DNA from: Eledone cirrhosa | Lineage: Eukaryota | DNA: 64,000 bases | NCBI GenBank assembly: GCA_964016885.1 | Contig: OZ024740.1 | Coordinates: 1,984,001 to 2,048,000, forward strand | Direction of reading: 5' to 3' | Notes under the pieces: model-generated | The model's database searches: none | What the model saw: the letters and a program-made list of their open reading frames with translations, nothing else | Told to the model about the DNA's origin: nothing | Shown: positions 1 to 11,793 of the stretch, piece after piece | How positions within the stretch are numbered: the stretch's first letter is position 1 | How the letters are laid out: every line of letters starts with the position of its first letter | Position numbers and translations under genes: made by a program

Positions 1-200
1 GTCTGTATATGTCTATATATATATGTCTGTATATATATATGTCTGTAGATATATGTCTGTATATATATATGTCTGTATATATATGTCGGTATATGTATGT
101 CTATATATATATATGTCTATATATGTATGTCTATATATATATGTCTGTATATATATGTCTGTATATATATATGTCTATATATATATATGTATATATATGT
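1..200. repeat. (TA)n-GTC(TG) compound microsatellite
   Basis: Imperfect TATATATGTCTG/TATATATGTCTA units; source of the spurious Y/I/C/M-rich ORFs. Confidence 0.95.
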
Positions 201-2292
201 TCCCCCCGCCCCACATCGACCCAATAGAGGGACCAGCAGTGTTAGTCGAGGGTAGTATAATAAGTAAGGCAATCAAAGATATGAAGACGGGTAAGGCGGC
301 TGGGCCTTCGGAAATAGTTGCCGAGATGCTGAAGGCATCTGGTACGGTGGGACACACCATGGTCACCCGGATAGTCAACCAAGTCATACAGAATGGGGCT
401 GTTCCGAAGGACTGGCGTAGCAGCATCATCGTTAACTGTTATAAGGGTAAAGGAGATGCCCTAGATGGGAGTAACTATAGAGGCATTAAATTAATCGACC
501 AGGTCATGAAGGTCACGGAAAAAGTAATAGCGCAACTAATCAGAGAGCGAATTGATCTAGATGAAATGCAGTTCGGGTTTGTGTCAGGAAAAAGTACCAC
601 AGACGCTCTTTTCATAGTACGACAACTACAGGAGAAGTACCTAGCTAAAGGTAAACCCCTCTACTTAGCTTTTGTCGACTTGGAGAAAGCCTTCGACAGA
701 GTCCCCCGTTCCATTATCTGGTGGGCTCTTAGAAAACTAGGTGTTGATGAATGGCTTGTGAGAGCTATACAAGCCATGTATAAAGAAACAGTCAGCAAGG
801 TTAGAATTAACAACGAATATAGTGAAGAGTTTAATGTAAAAGTTGGTGTTCATCAGGGCTCTGTTCTTAGCCCCCTACTATTTATTATTGCCCTCCAGGC
901 TATAACAGTGGAGTTCAAGACCGGCTGCCCATGGGAACTCCTATACGCAGATGATCTAACGCTCATAGCTGAATCAATGGCCGAGCTAGAGAAGAAATTC
1001 CAAACACGGAAGCACGGCCTAGAATCAAAAGGCCTTAAAATTAACCTGGCTAAGACTAAAGTTCTAGTTTGTAAGAAAGAAAATGAAGCGGCGGTCCCCT
1101 CCGGGAAGTGGCCATGCTCAGAGTGTAGGAAAGGCGTAGGTAGAAACTCCATTTTGTGTCCCAAATGCAAAGTTTGGGTGCATAAAAGATGTAGTGGGAT
1201 CACAGGTAAGCTAACTAAGAACATAGATTTTACATGTGGCCGGTGTTCTGGGGCAATAAGTAGCAGCAAGTGCCCAAAAAATACTAGCTCTTTCAACTGC
1301 GCAGAGGGTTCTATAGAAATAGTGGACAGCTTCCGTTACCTGGGTGACAAAATCAGCAGTGGGGGAGGGTGCTCTAAAAGTACAGTAGCTAGAGTCAGAA
1401 CTGGGTGGAAAAAGTTCAGAGAGCTCATACCACTATTAGCCGCTAAAGGGTTCTCCCTAAAAATGAAAGGCAGGTTGTACGATGCCTGCATACGAACAGC
1501 AATGTTGCATGGCAGTGAGACCTGGGCATTGTGTGCAGAGGATATACGCAGACTAGAGAGAAACGAAGCTTGCATGCTCCGCTGGATGTGTAATAGTAAT
1601 ATACGTGAACGGCAAAGCATAAACGAACTAAGGAAAAAATTAGAAATGAGAGGGATCAGATGTTGTTTACTTGAGAGAAGGCTACGTTGGTATGGTCACG
1701 TGATGCGCATGAAGGACGATAGCTGTATAACAAAGTGCAGGGCAATAAAGATAGACGGTAGCCACGGAATAGGCAGACCCAGAAAAACCTGGGACGAGCT
1801 GATAAATTCCGACCTCACACACTTACACCTCACCAAGACAATGTCACTGGACCGAGACCTTTGGCGGTACTCAGTAATAGAGAAGACACGCCTTACCTAA
1901 ATACAAAGTAAAACCTACTACAGTCAGTAGGCATCTCTAACAAAATACACCCCCGTCCCACCACCCCCACCCCATCCACACCGCCCCTTTCAATGTAAAG
2001 TTATGTTGGTGCCACAACATCCAGGCCGAAACAAATGAGATCGTGTAGGTGTCACGTCAAAAAAACACACAGTTCACGCTGTAATGTGGCCGTGTAGGCA
2101 ACACAGTAAAAGCCTCCCAGCCCCACACTGTAAATGTGGTTGGTGTTAGGAAGGGCATCCAGCTGTAGAAAACCCGCCAGATAGTCCTATGCGAGCAAGA
2201 TAACCACTCTTGCCTCAAGTGGGAAAACCCTCCGTCCAAACCCATGCAAGCGTGGAACACGGACGTTAAACGATGATGATGATGATGATGAT
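201..2292 (+). mobile_element. RTE-clade LINE (family A), 5'-truncated
   Basis: RT ORF to 1900, about 370-nt 3' UTR containing GGTTGGTGTTAGGAAGGGCATCCAGCTGTAGAAA, ending CGGACGTTAAAC(GAT)n. Confidence 0.93.
203..1900 (+). CDS. RTE reverse transcriptase (partial, endonuclease missing) with PHD-like finger
   Basis: Motifs [60 protein letters not shown]. The first about 60 aa of the ORF-track protein are translated microsatellite. Confidence 0.9.
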   Translation, partial: PPPHIDPIEGPAVLVEGSIISKAIKDMKTGKAAGPSEIVAEMLKASGTVGHTMVTRIVNQVIQNGAVPKDWRSSIIVNCYKGKGDALDGSNYRGIKLIDQVMKVTEKVIAQLIRERIDLDEMQFGFVSGKSTTDALFIVRQLQEKYLAKGKPLYLAFVDLEKAFDRVPRSIIWWALRKLGVDEWLVRAIQAMYKETVSKVRINNEYSEEFNVKVGVHQGSVLSPLLFIIALQAITVEFKTGCPWELLYADDLTLIAESMAELEKKFQTRKHGLESKGLKINLAKTKVLVCKKENEAAVPSGKWPCSECRKGVGRNSILCPKCKVWVHKRCSGITGKLTKNIDFTCGRCSGAISSSKCPKNTSSFNCAEGSIEIVDSFRYLGDKISSGGGCSKSTVARVRTGWKKFRELIPLLAAKGFSLKMKGRLYDACIRTAMLHGSETWALCAEDIRRLERNEACMLRWMCNSNIRERQSINELRKKLEMRGIRCCLLERRLRWYGHVMRMKDDSCITKCRAIKIDGSHGIGRPRKTWDELINSDLTHLHLTKTMSLDRDLWRYSVIEKTRLT

Positions 2293-2502
2293 GTCTGTAT
2301 ATATATATATATGTATGTCTGTATATGTCTATATATATATGTCTGTATATATATATGTCTGTATATATATATGTCTATATATATATGTCTGTATATATAT
2401 GTCTGTATATATATATGTCTATATATATGTCTGTATATATATGTCTATATATATATGTCTATATATATATGTCTGTATATGTATGTCTATATATGTATGT
2501 CT
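2293..2502. repeat. TATATATGTC microsatellite
   Basis: Same unit as 1-200. Confidence 0.95.
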
Positions 2503-3055
2503 ATGGTCGGGTCGTTGGTGACTAAACTGGCAACCCCACCAAGGTTTCTTGGTGAGGAGGGTGACTTTGGACATCCTACAGGACTAAAAACAAAACCTGT
2601 CAAAAGGGCAAAGGAGCTCTTAAGAGTCAATGGCCATCTAAAATCACCGGGAGAGATGACCCCTTAGCCTTTGTCAAGGCAGAATTCTAGGAGAAGGAAA
2701 ACTCTGATATAACACCTGCAACCCTGATGGTATCCAATGATGTTGACTTGTTCTTCTTTTTGGTAAATATCATCTTGGTTAAGAGAGTGGGACTGGCTTT
2801 GTGCATTGCCTTTGCTCACTATAAAAGCTTCACGGCACAGGCATTGCTTTACATCTGAAGATCTCTCTGCACTTGTCATCACGTGGTACCATGGGCCCAA
2901 CACTATGTGTCAATAATTGTCACAAGTGTAGTGATTGTACCAGTTTTCAAGTCGCTGGCTGGACTAAAAAGTCACACTCGTTCAGCGCATCGGTAGGGGT
3001 TCTCCTACATGGATATAAAGTAGTGGCCGTACTCGAAAACGAGTTGGCAGCCACC
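2503..3055 (+). mobile_element. Short non-coding interspersed element, probably a non-autonomous RTE-derived (5'UTR plus 3' end) retroposon
   Basis: About 550-bp non-coding insert with sharp edges inside the microsatellite. Contains CTAGGAGAAGGAAAACTCTGA, which I recall from RTE 5' UTRs, several hairpins, and a terminal stem-loop followed by (AT)n. Confidence 0.55.
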
Positions 3056-3282
3056 ATATATATATGTCTGTATATATGTATGTCTGTATATATATGTCTA
3101 TATATGTATGTCTATATATATATGTCTGTATATATATGTCTATATATGTATGTCTATATATATATATGTCTATATATATATGTCTGTATATATATGTCTG
3201 TATATATATGTCTGTATATGTATGTCTATATATATATGTCTGTATATATATATGTCTGTATATATATATGTCTATATATGTC
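3056..3282. repeat. TATATATGTC microsatellite
   Basis: Same unit as the flanking tracts. Confidence 0.95.
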
Positions 3283-3371
3283 TACTCTTGTGAGTACATT
3301 TTCCTTTAACTACAAATTATTATTATATACTTTCGTCTTTTCATTAATTTAATTAATTTCAAATAACCAGA

Positions 3372-3411
<40 letters not shown>

Positions 3412-3531
3412 TCATATTTATATATATACTCTTCTCACTCACACACAAGAAAAACAAAAAACAAAAATAAATTAAAAAAATATATATATATATTGAAATA
3501 CTTAACTAAAACACACACACTCAAAACTAGA

Positions 3532-4698
3532 ATGGCTAACCAGCAAAAATCCAAACGGAACTGGTCTGATAATAAAATCGACATTCTAATAAACACATGG
3601 CATTGCCTTACCCAAACAGAAGACATAGATGCTTCATGTCTGAACGACATTGCTAAACGTACAGTTCAACTTTTGAAAACTCGATCTGAACAACAGATTC
3701 AAAATAAATTAAAGCAAATCGAAATTGCTTTTAAATTAATCAATAAACATTTGGATAAACTACGGTGTGTTTTTTCTTCGAATGCTGTCCAGCAGCAGCA
3801 ACAACAACAACAGCAGCTACAACGGCAACAACAACAACAGCTACAACAGCAACAACAACAGCAACAACAACAGCAACAACAACAACGACAACAACAACAA
3901 CAGTGTGAACCACTCCTTGATTCATCAACAATGGCCGATCTACTAAATGAAACTATTGACCCCCCAGTAGCCTCTGTCTCACAGCATGAAACGCCACATC
4001 CTTTCTCTGGCCCAGCAGTCCAATCATCACCACTGCCAACATCTTCTCTGCCTACTACTATTACTACTACTACAACATCTTTGGCTACTGCTATTTCAAG
4101 GAATTTACCTTCTAATACCAGAACAAGAACTCTCCCTCCCACAGTCCACAAAGGTCGTCAAATCCTACTCAAACCATAATCTACACCTCTCACAACACAC
4201 ACACCCACATACCCACCCACTCGAAACCCCATCATTTGCCGCTACTCTCTACGCTATAGAATATGTACGGATAGTGGCTGCAAATTCACCCATTTACCTA
4301 GGACAAAACGATCTATCCCCACAAACAGCCACCACCATAATACATACTCTAATTTAACACCAACACAACCACCAATAACTCAAACAAGGAATCCACAAAT
4401 CTACCGCTTTTCCCTGCGAGACAGATTGTGTTTAGACCGGGATTGTCCCTTTACCCATCTCCCGGGGACCCGTCAGACAAATGAAAATAAAATTAAAAAT
4501 AAAAGCAAAAACAAAAACCATAACCTACATAAAAATAACCACTACCACAGTCACCAACAGTCTTCTAAACAGGAAACTTCTTCCTCTTTTTTAGCCATAA
4601 TGAATCTGGCAAAAGAACTGGAAAAAAACATTCGAGCTATCACCCAGCACCACCCTCCACTATCACCCCACTGCACAAACTCCCATTGCTGCCATTAA
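3532..4698 (+). pseudogene. LINE ORF1 with one in-frame stop (TAA 4177-4179): Myb/SANT-like N-terminus, polyQ, two CCCH-like fingers
   Basis: ORF-track ORFs 3493..4179 and 4426..4698 share a frame and the interval between them reads through. It encodes CRYSLRYRICTDSGCKFTH and YRFSLRDRLCLDRDCPFTH. Confidence 0.7.
3790..3903 (+). repeat. CAA/CAG polyglutamine tract in ORF1
   Basis: Direct reading of the (CAA/CAG)n run. Confidence 0.95.
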
Positions 4699-4760
4699 CA
4701 AACAAACAAATTAACAACACACCAAAATAATTAAAACCATCCACTCTCGCCTCTACATTT

Positions 4761-7703
4761 TTGCTTAACGCCCAAGGCATCAGCCCTTCCACCAATACTC
4801 AAAAATGGAAGATCAAATTCCTGGAGGACTGGATTGATGTCCATCCAAACCACATCCCTTTCTTCGTCCTCACTGAAACCCATCTCAGTAACCTCCACTT
4901 GGAAGCCGAGGTGAAAGTGAAAAATTTCAAAGCCATCCGTGCTGATCGCGCTGGCAGAAGAAAGGGCGGGACTGCCATTTATGTCCATAATTCTTTCTCA
5001 ACAGAGGCTATGAACATATTCACTAATGGATACTGTGAAGCAGTCACTGTATTCAGTCAAACCAACAACCTAATAGTAGTTGGGCTCTATAGGCCACCCC
5101 AAACGCCTGTACCATGCTTCAAGGAATACCTCAACAGCATAAAGTGTTTCATCCAAGAGTGTCACCCTGACAACATCTTAATGATGGGGGACTTCAACCT
5201 CCCCGGAGTTGACTGGTCCACAAACAGCCTGCCACCAGGTTCTTCTGCCTCAACCTCTGACAAGGAAGCAGTGGAATCGCTTCTTGACTTCATGGATGAT
5301 TTCTTCCTATCCCAACTGGTGCTCGAACCAACGAGGTGCCACAAAAACGTCCTAGACTTAATTTTCAGCAATCACACTGACAATATCCACAATATTGCAG
5401 TGGAGAAAACTCTACTCTCTGATCATGACATGGTTCTCTGTGATCTGAGATTCCACCGTCCAATATACAAACCCAATGTCATCTCTCCTGTCCATCCGTT
5501 TGACGCTATGGATTTCCACAATGCAAACTGGGAAGCGATCAGTCATGATCTTGCACATGTCGACTGGTCCTTCACGCACACTCATACACCCACTAACATC
5601 AAAAAGTCCTGGCAGACATTTGTGGACACTGTTACAAACATATGTGCAAAACACACCCCATTAAGAACTGTAAACAAATCTAAGAGCAGAATCCCTAGAA
5701 ATAGAAAAACGCTCATCAGAAAAATTAAGAGAACGAACAAAAAAATCAACAAGCTGAAATACTCTCAGCAGCAACACATCAACTTGACTGCCATTTCATC
5801 ACTAGAGATTAAAAAACATAACCTCCAAAACAACATAATGTCCCTCATCAACAATCAGAGAAGAGCTGAAGAGGCCTGGGCCATTGAGAAGATCAAATTC
5901 AATCCCAAAGTGTTCTTTTCATTTGCAAAAAAACACAAAATCACTGGCTCTACTGTTGGCCCTCTAATTGATGAAAATGGCACTCTTCAAGACAATGCTA
6001 AAACCATGGGTGAGATACTGCAGAAACAATACTGCTCTGTTTTCAGCAATCCTGATATGGCCGATCTGGGCTGTATCGGCGATGTTACTCCCCATTACAC
6101 CTTATCGGACATAACGTTTGGCGCCCCTGATGTCTTAGCGGCAATAAAGGAAATCAAGCATAATTCAGCAGTAGGTCCCGATAGGTTCCCTGCTTGTGTC
6201 TTGAAGGCGTGTCAACACCAACTTGCATCTCCTCTTGCCAATCTGTGGCGGAACTCACTGGATGCTGGATATGTGCCAGAAAACCTATCCCAGTCTGTTG
6301 TCCCAGTTTTCAAAAAGGGAAACAAATCCCTTGCCGTGAATTACCGTCCAATCTCACTCACCTCTCATATCATTAAGGTATTTGAGAGAGTGGTGAGATC
6401 GCGAATGACCCACTTCCTCGAGAGTAACAATATGCTGAACTCCAACCAGCATGGATTCCGTAATGGAAGGGATTGCCTGACGCAGCTACTGCATCACTTT
6501 GATGACATTTTGAGAGCCTTGGGAGAGGGTTCCAACACTCATGTTATCTACCTTGATTTCAGCAAGGCCTTTGACAGGGTTGATCATAACATTCTACTGA
6601 GAAAGCTGTCCAATATTGGTGTCACTGGAAAGCTGCTGCAGTGGATCAAGAGCTTCCTGTCAAATAGAACCCAACATGTTGTAGTTGAAGGAGTCAAATC
6701 CAGCCCAGCCAAAATCAGTAGTGGGGTCCCTCAAGGCACTGTGTTGGGCCCACTTCTCTTCATCATCTATATTAATGACATCACTGACATCATCAAACAC
6801 AGCAACATTAAAATTTTCGCTGATGATTCCAAGCTCCAAAAGGTCATCAATGGCGTGGATGACCGGATAAGCCTTCAGTCAGACCTACTGGCTGTTACCC
6901 AATGGGCGGAAAAGAAAAACATGTTACTGAACGAAGACAAATTCGAACTGATCCACTTTGGAAAAGAGGATGCTCTGAAACTCCCGTACTCCCTTCCCTC
7001 CGGGGAAACTCTCGTGGCATCTAACAACATCAGAGACTTGGGAGTAACCGTGGACAGCAACATAAGCTGGGCCACGCATATAAGCAGCAAAGTTGACATG
7101 GCCCGCAGAATGTGTTCCTGGATCCTCAGAACCTTCCAGTCGAGAGATTCCCACACCATTATCCTCCTCTTCTCTACTTTTGCCCGACCACACCTTGAAT
7201 ACTGTTGTCCACTGTGGTCTCCCCACACGAAACAAAGTATCATGAAACTTGAAGCTCCTCAAAGGGCAATCACGAAAAAGATAGATGGCATGTCAGACCT
7301 TGACTACTGGGGTCGACTAGAAAACCTGAAACTTTACTCACTCCAACGTCGCCGTGAGCGTTATATTATCTGCATGATGTGGAAAATGTTCCATCATCAC
7401 TGCCCAAATGATGTTGGCATCGCCTTCAAGATACACCCAAGGCTTGGGCCCCGTGCTATCCGTCCCATTCAAAAATCTAAATCGCAACTCATAACAACAA
7501 TACGGCACAATTATTTCACCTCAATCGGCCCTGCTCTCTTCAACATCACACCAGGACACGTCAAAACAGAAACTGACCACACAAAATTCAAGAAGTCTTT
7601 GGACAAATTCCTCCAAGTAATCCCGGACAAACCACCCACACCCGGATATGTCTCCACAAACAGTAATTCTCTTCTCGAATGGGCCATGGTGCCCAAATCC
7701 TGA
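4761..7703 (+). CDS. LINE ORF2: APE endonuclease plus reverse transcriptase (CR1 group), uninterrupted 980 aa
   Basis: EN motifs LTETHL, YRPP, GDFNLP, LDL, SDH. RT motifs NYRPISLTS, QHGF, YLDFSKAFD, SGVPQGTVLGPLLF, FADD. C-terminal RPHLEYCCPLWSP and LQRRRER. The frame opens after TAA 4728-4730 with no AUG at the start. Confidence 0.93.
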   Translation: MLNAQGISPSTNTQKWKIKFLEDWIDVHPNHIPFFVLTETHLSNLHLEAEVKVKNFKAIRADRAGRRKGGTAIYVHNSFSTEAMNIFTNGYCEAVTVFSQTNNLIVVGLYRPPQTPVPCFKEYLNSIKCFIQECHPDNILMMGDFNLPGVDWSTNSLPPGSSASTSDKEAVESLLDFMDDFFLSQLVLEPTRCHKNVLDLIFSNHTDNIHNIAVEKTLLSDHDMVLCDLRFHRPIYKPNVISPVHPFDAMDFHNANWEAISHDLAHVDWSFTHTHTPTNIKKSWQTFVDTVTNICAKHTPLRTVNKSKSRIPRNRKTLIRKIKRTNKKINKLKYSQQQHINLTAISSLEIKKHNLQNNIMSLINNQRRAEEAWAIEKIKFNPKVFFSFAKKHKITGSTVGPLIDENGTLQDNAKTMGEILQKQYCSVFSNPDMADLGCIGDVTPHYTLSDITFGAPDVLAAIKEIKHNSAVGPDRFPACVLKACQHQLASPLANLWRNSLDAGYVPENLSQSVVPVFKKGNKSLAVNYRPISLTSHIIKVFERVVRSRMTHFLESNNMLNSNQHGFRNGRDCLTQLLHHFDDILRALGEGSNTHVIYLDFSKAFDRVDHNILLRKLSNIGVTGKLLQWIKSFLSNRTQHVVVEGVKSSPAKISSGVPQGTVLGPLLFIIYINDITDIIKHSNIKIFADDSKLQKVINGVDDRISLQSDLLAVTQWAEKKNMLLNEDKFELIHFGKEDALKLPYSLPSGETLVASNNIRDLGVTVDSNISWATHISSKVDMARRMCSWILRTFQSRDSHTIILLFSTFARPHLEYCCPLWSPHTKQSIMKLEAPQRAITKKIDGMSDLDYWGRLENLKLYSLQRRRERYIICMMWKMFHHHCPNDVGIAFKIHPRLGPRAIRPIQKSKSQLITTIRHNYFTSIGPALFNITPGHVKTETDHTKFKKSLDKFLQVIPDKPPTPGYVSTNSNSLLEWAMVPKS

Positions 7704-7792
7704 ATTGAAAGACTTCGCCAGGTGGTGCTATTAAGTTAGACATGGCCTGGGCCAATACTGGCCAAAACATTTCAAAGTTATTATTCAAAGTT

Positions 7793-8170
7793 ATATATAT
7801 GTTTGTATATATATGTCTATATACATATGTCTGTATATGTATGTCTATATATGTATGTCTATATATATATATATATATGTCTGTATATGTATGTTTGTAT
7901 ATGTATGTTTGTATATATATGTCTGTATATATATGTCTATATATATATGTCTGTATATGTATGTCTATATATGTATGTCTATATATATATATATATATAT
8001 ATATGTCTGTATATATATGTATGTTTGTATATGTATGTCTGTATATATATGTCTGTATATATATGTCTCTATATATATGTCTGTATATATATGTCTATAT
8101 ATATATGTCTATATATATATATGTCTATATATATATGTCTATATATATATGTCTATATATATATGTCTAT
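7793..8170. repeat. TATATATGTC microsatellite
   Basis: Same unit as the other tracts in 1-11.5 kb. Confidence 0.95.
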
Positions 8171-10672
8171 ACAAACAACCGCAATGACAGAGGACGGAGA
8201 CATCGTTATGCTAGCAGGAGACTTCAATGGTCATGTTGGACAGCTCCAGGATGGTTACACTGGGGTACATGGTTGGCACGGTTACGGTTCAAGAAATGAA
8301 GGAGTGAGACTTCTTGAATTTTGTGATGCGAGTACATTGACTATTTGCAACACAAACTTCCAGAAACCTGCCAATCACCTAATAACCTACAAATCTGGTG
8401 AGCACATAAGCCAGATTGACTTCTTACTAGTTAGGCAGCAGGACAGGCAGATAGTGTCTAATACCAAGGCATACCCTGGGGAAGAATGTACCCCACAGCA
8501 TAGGTTAGTTGTTAGTGATATCTCAGTAAGCAAGAGATGGAATGAGACATATAGGAAGGTGTGGAGAAGAAAGGTCTGGAAGCTAAATGACCTTTCACTA
8601 AAATACAAATTTAAGAAAGCCTTCCAAGATGTATATGACGAAAAAGAAGACGATTTAGAGACGTATGACATAGATAATAACTGGAAGTTCTTACGTGACA
8701 ACTTGCTGCAGGCTACTGATGAAACCTATGGCTGGAGCAGAGCTCCAACCAGACAGAGAGTGACCTGGTGGTGGAACAGCACAGTAGATAAGGCCATTAG
8801 AGACAAAAGACTAGCATGGAAGGCTTGGAAAAAGGGTGGGTGTAGGGAAGAATATACAGCCACTAAGAGAGAAGCTAGATGTCAGGTGTACTTAGCACGC
8901 AGGGAGGCGGAGAGTAGGAGGTTTGCCAATGTTCTGCGACGGGAAGATCAGAGTCGTGCGGTGTTCCACATTGCAAGGCAGTGTGTCAATGCAAATCAGG
9001 ATGTTGTTGGAGATAAATGTGTCCGGGATGATGCCGGTGTACTTAGTGTCACGAATGATCAGAAAAAGGAGGCCTGGAAATGTCATTATGAGAGACTGAT
9101 GAATGTGGAGAACGAATGGGAGAGAGAGAAATTACCCTTAGTAGATCCAACAGAGGGACCAGCTATTGAGATTGACGAATATAGGGTCCAAGAGGCGATT
9201 AGGGAAATGAAAAATGGTAAGGCTGCCGGGCCATCGGGAATAGTTGCTGAGATGCTGAAGGCATCAGGGGACGTAGGCACTAAACTGGTTGCACGCATCA
9301 TCAATCAGGCTATATATGGTGGTGTCATACCCAAAGACTGGTGCAGCAGTATTCTCATAAATTGCTACAAAGGTAAAGGGGATGCTCTGGAGAGGAGCAA
9401 TTATAGGGGTATAAAACTGATAGATCAGGTTATGAAAGTGGCAGAAAGGATATTAGCACAACTAATTAGAGAAAGGGTCAAACTAGATGAGATGCAGTTT
9501 GGTTTTGTGCCTGGGAAGAGTACAACAGATGCCCTCTTCTTGGTGAGACAATTGCAAGAGAGGTTCTTAGAGAAAAATACGTCACTATACTTAGCCTTTG
9601 TTGACCTAGAGAAGGCCTTTGATAGGGTACCCCGATCTGTCATCTGGTGGTCCCTAAGGAAGCTAGGTGTTGACGAATGGCTTGTGAGGACAGTGCAAAC
9701 TTTGTACAGAGGTACTCTCAGTAAAGTCAGGGTAGGAATGGAGTTTAGTGAGGAATTCCAGATACAAGTAGGAGTATATCAGGGTTCGGTCCTCAGCCCG
9801 CTCTTGTTCATTATAGTCCTCCAAGCCATAACAGAGGAGTTTAAGACTGGCTGTCCATGGGAACTTCTCTATGCTGACGATCTGGTTCTTATAGCAGAAT
9901 CAGTAGAGGAGCTAGAGAATAAATTCTGGCTATGGAAACAAGAGGACTGAGAGTGAACCTTGCTAACAGGTAGGGAGAAATATGTATGCAGTAGATGTAC
10001 AGGGAAATTAGACAGTAGAAGTCGCACTGATAGACACATTTTTCAAATGCAAGAGGGCGCTATAGAAGTGGTGGATAGCTTCCGGTACCTAGGAGATCAG
10101 ATTAGCATGGGAGGAGGGTGTTCCGAGGCCATAGTATCTAGAATAAGGACGGGTTGGAAGAAGTTTAGGGAGCTGCTTCCTCTGTTGACGTACGAAAGGC
10201 CGGTTGTATGATGCCTGTGTGAGGAGCGCGATGCTGCAAGGTAGTGAGACATGGGCAGCAACTGCAGAGGATATGCGACGGCTGGAGAGAAATGAGGCAA
10301 GCATGCTCCGTTGGATGTGCAGTGTAAATGTGCGTGAATGACCCAGCATAAATGTGTTGAGAGAGAAACTGTGTCTGAGAGGGATAGAATGTAGTGTACG
10401 GGAGAGGAGACTGAGGTGGTATGGACATGTGATGCGCATGGAGGATGACCGATGGGTGAAGAAGTGCCAGGAAATGCCAGTTGAAGGAAGACGTGGTAGA
10501 GGTAGACCACGAAAAACATGGGCAGAGGTGGTGAGAACAGAGCTCAGATCATTGAAGCTCACGGTGGAGATGACGAAGGACCGTGACGAGGGGAGAGATG
10601 CTGTGCTGAATAAGACCCGTCCCACCCTTGCAAACAGGGAAAAGCGGACGTAAAATGATGATGATGATGATG
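8171..10672 (+). mobile_element. RTE-clade LINE (family C, short 3' UTR), 5'-truncated and internally deleted
   Basis: Starts within the endonuclease (GDFNGHVG); RT motifs present; ends AAGCGGACGTAAAAT(GAT)n. Confidence 0.92.
8172..10653 (+). pseudogene. RTE EN-RT ORF, disrupted
   Basis: Open to 9950 (YADD present). A frameshift and deletion then remove the first half of the PHD-like finger, with further lesions near 10190-10340. The C-terminal [16 protein letters not shown] lies in ORF 10354..10653. Confidence 0.88.
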
Positions 10673-11525
10673 TCTATATATGTCTATATATATATATATA
10701 TGTCTATATATGTATGTCTATATGTCTGTATATATATGTATGTCTGTATGTATGTATCTATATATGTCTGTATATGTATGTCTATATATATATATATATA
10801 TGATTGTATATATGTGTCTGTATATATATGTCTGTATATATATATGTATGTCTGTATATATATGTCTGTATATATATATGTATGTCTGTATATATATGTC
10901 TGTATATATATGTCTGTATATGTATGTCTATATATATATGTCTGTATATATATGTCTGTATATATATGTCTGTATATATATGTCTGTATATATATGTCTG
11001 TATATATATGTCTGTATATATATGTCTGTATATATATGTCTGTATATATATGCCTATATATATATGTCTGTATATATATGTCTGTGTGTATATGTATGTC
11101 TGCATATATATGTCTATATATATATGTCTGTATATATATGTCTGTATATATATGTCTATATGTATGTCTATATGTATGTCTGTATATATATGTATGTCTA
11201 TATATATATATGTCTATATATATATATGTCTATATATCACGATACATTAACGGAGCTGTAGACTCTCACCATTCCCTGTAAATAATGTCCTCAAAGGAGA
11301 AGAAATCCTGAGCTCTTTAAAATGTTGAAAAGGTAAGACACTAGAGAGAGATAGACTGGTGGTTTTTCCCTGTTTTATTGATAGCGCACTGTATATGTCT
11401 ATATTGTATATGTCTATATATATATATGTCTGTATATATGTATGTCTATATATGTATGTCTGTATATATATATATGTCTATATATATATATGTCTGTATA
11501 TATATATGTATATATATATGTATCT
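10673..11525. repeat. TATATATGTC microsatellite, interrupted at about 11238-11390
   Basis: Long run of (TATATATGTCTG)n. Confidence 0.93.
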
Positions 11526-11793
11526 CTTATGTCAGCATGTCTGTCTGTGAGATGTAAAATATTGGTATAATAATGATTTCCACTTTAGACACAAGGCCAG
11601 CAAATTTAGGGAAGAAGGGAAAGTTGATTAAATCTACCTCAGTGCATTACTGGTACTTTATATTTTTATATTAACACATTTCTCTCATATTCACTATAGA
11701 TTTGTTTAACTGTTTTCATTACTTTGTTGTAACTTTAACAACATTCATTCCTGATTCTATAAAAACTATTTTTTATTCTATTTTATTTTGCAG

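Larger units (their letters stand above)
3283..7792 (+). mobile_element. Near full-length CR1-group non-LTR retrotransposon
   Basis: 5' UTR, ORF1, EN+RT ORF2, short 3' UTR with a TGGCC...GGCCA hairpin and a tandem TTCAAAGTT tail. 5' boundary approximate. Confidence 0.88.

Noticed and set aside
9-11550. Many Y/I/C/M/V-rich ORFs and N-terminal extensions of the RT ORFs
   Set aside because: Translations of the TATATATGTC microsatellite.
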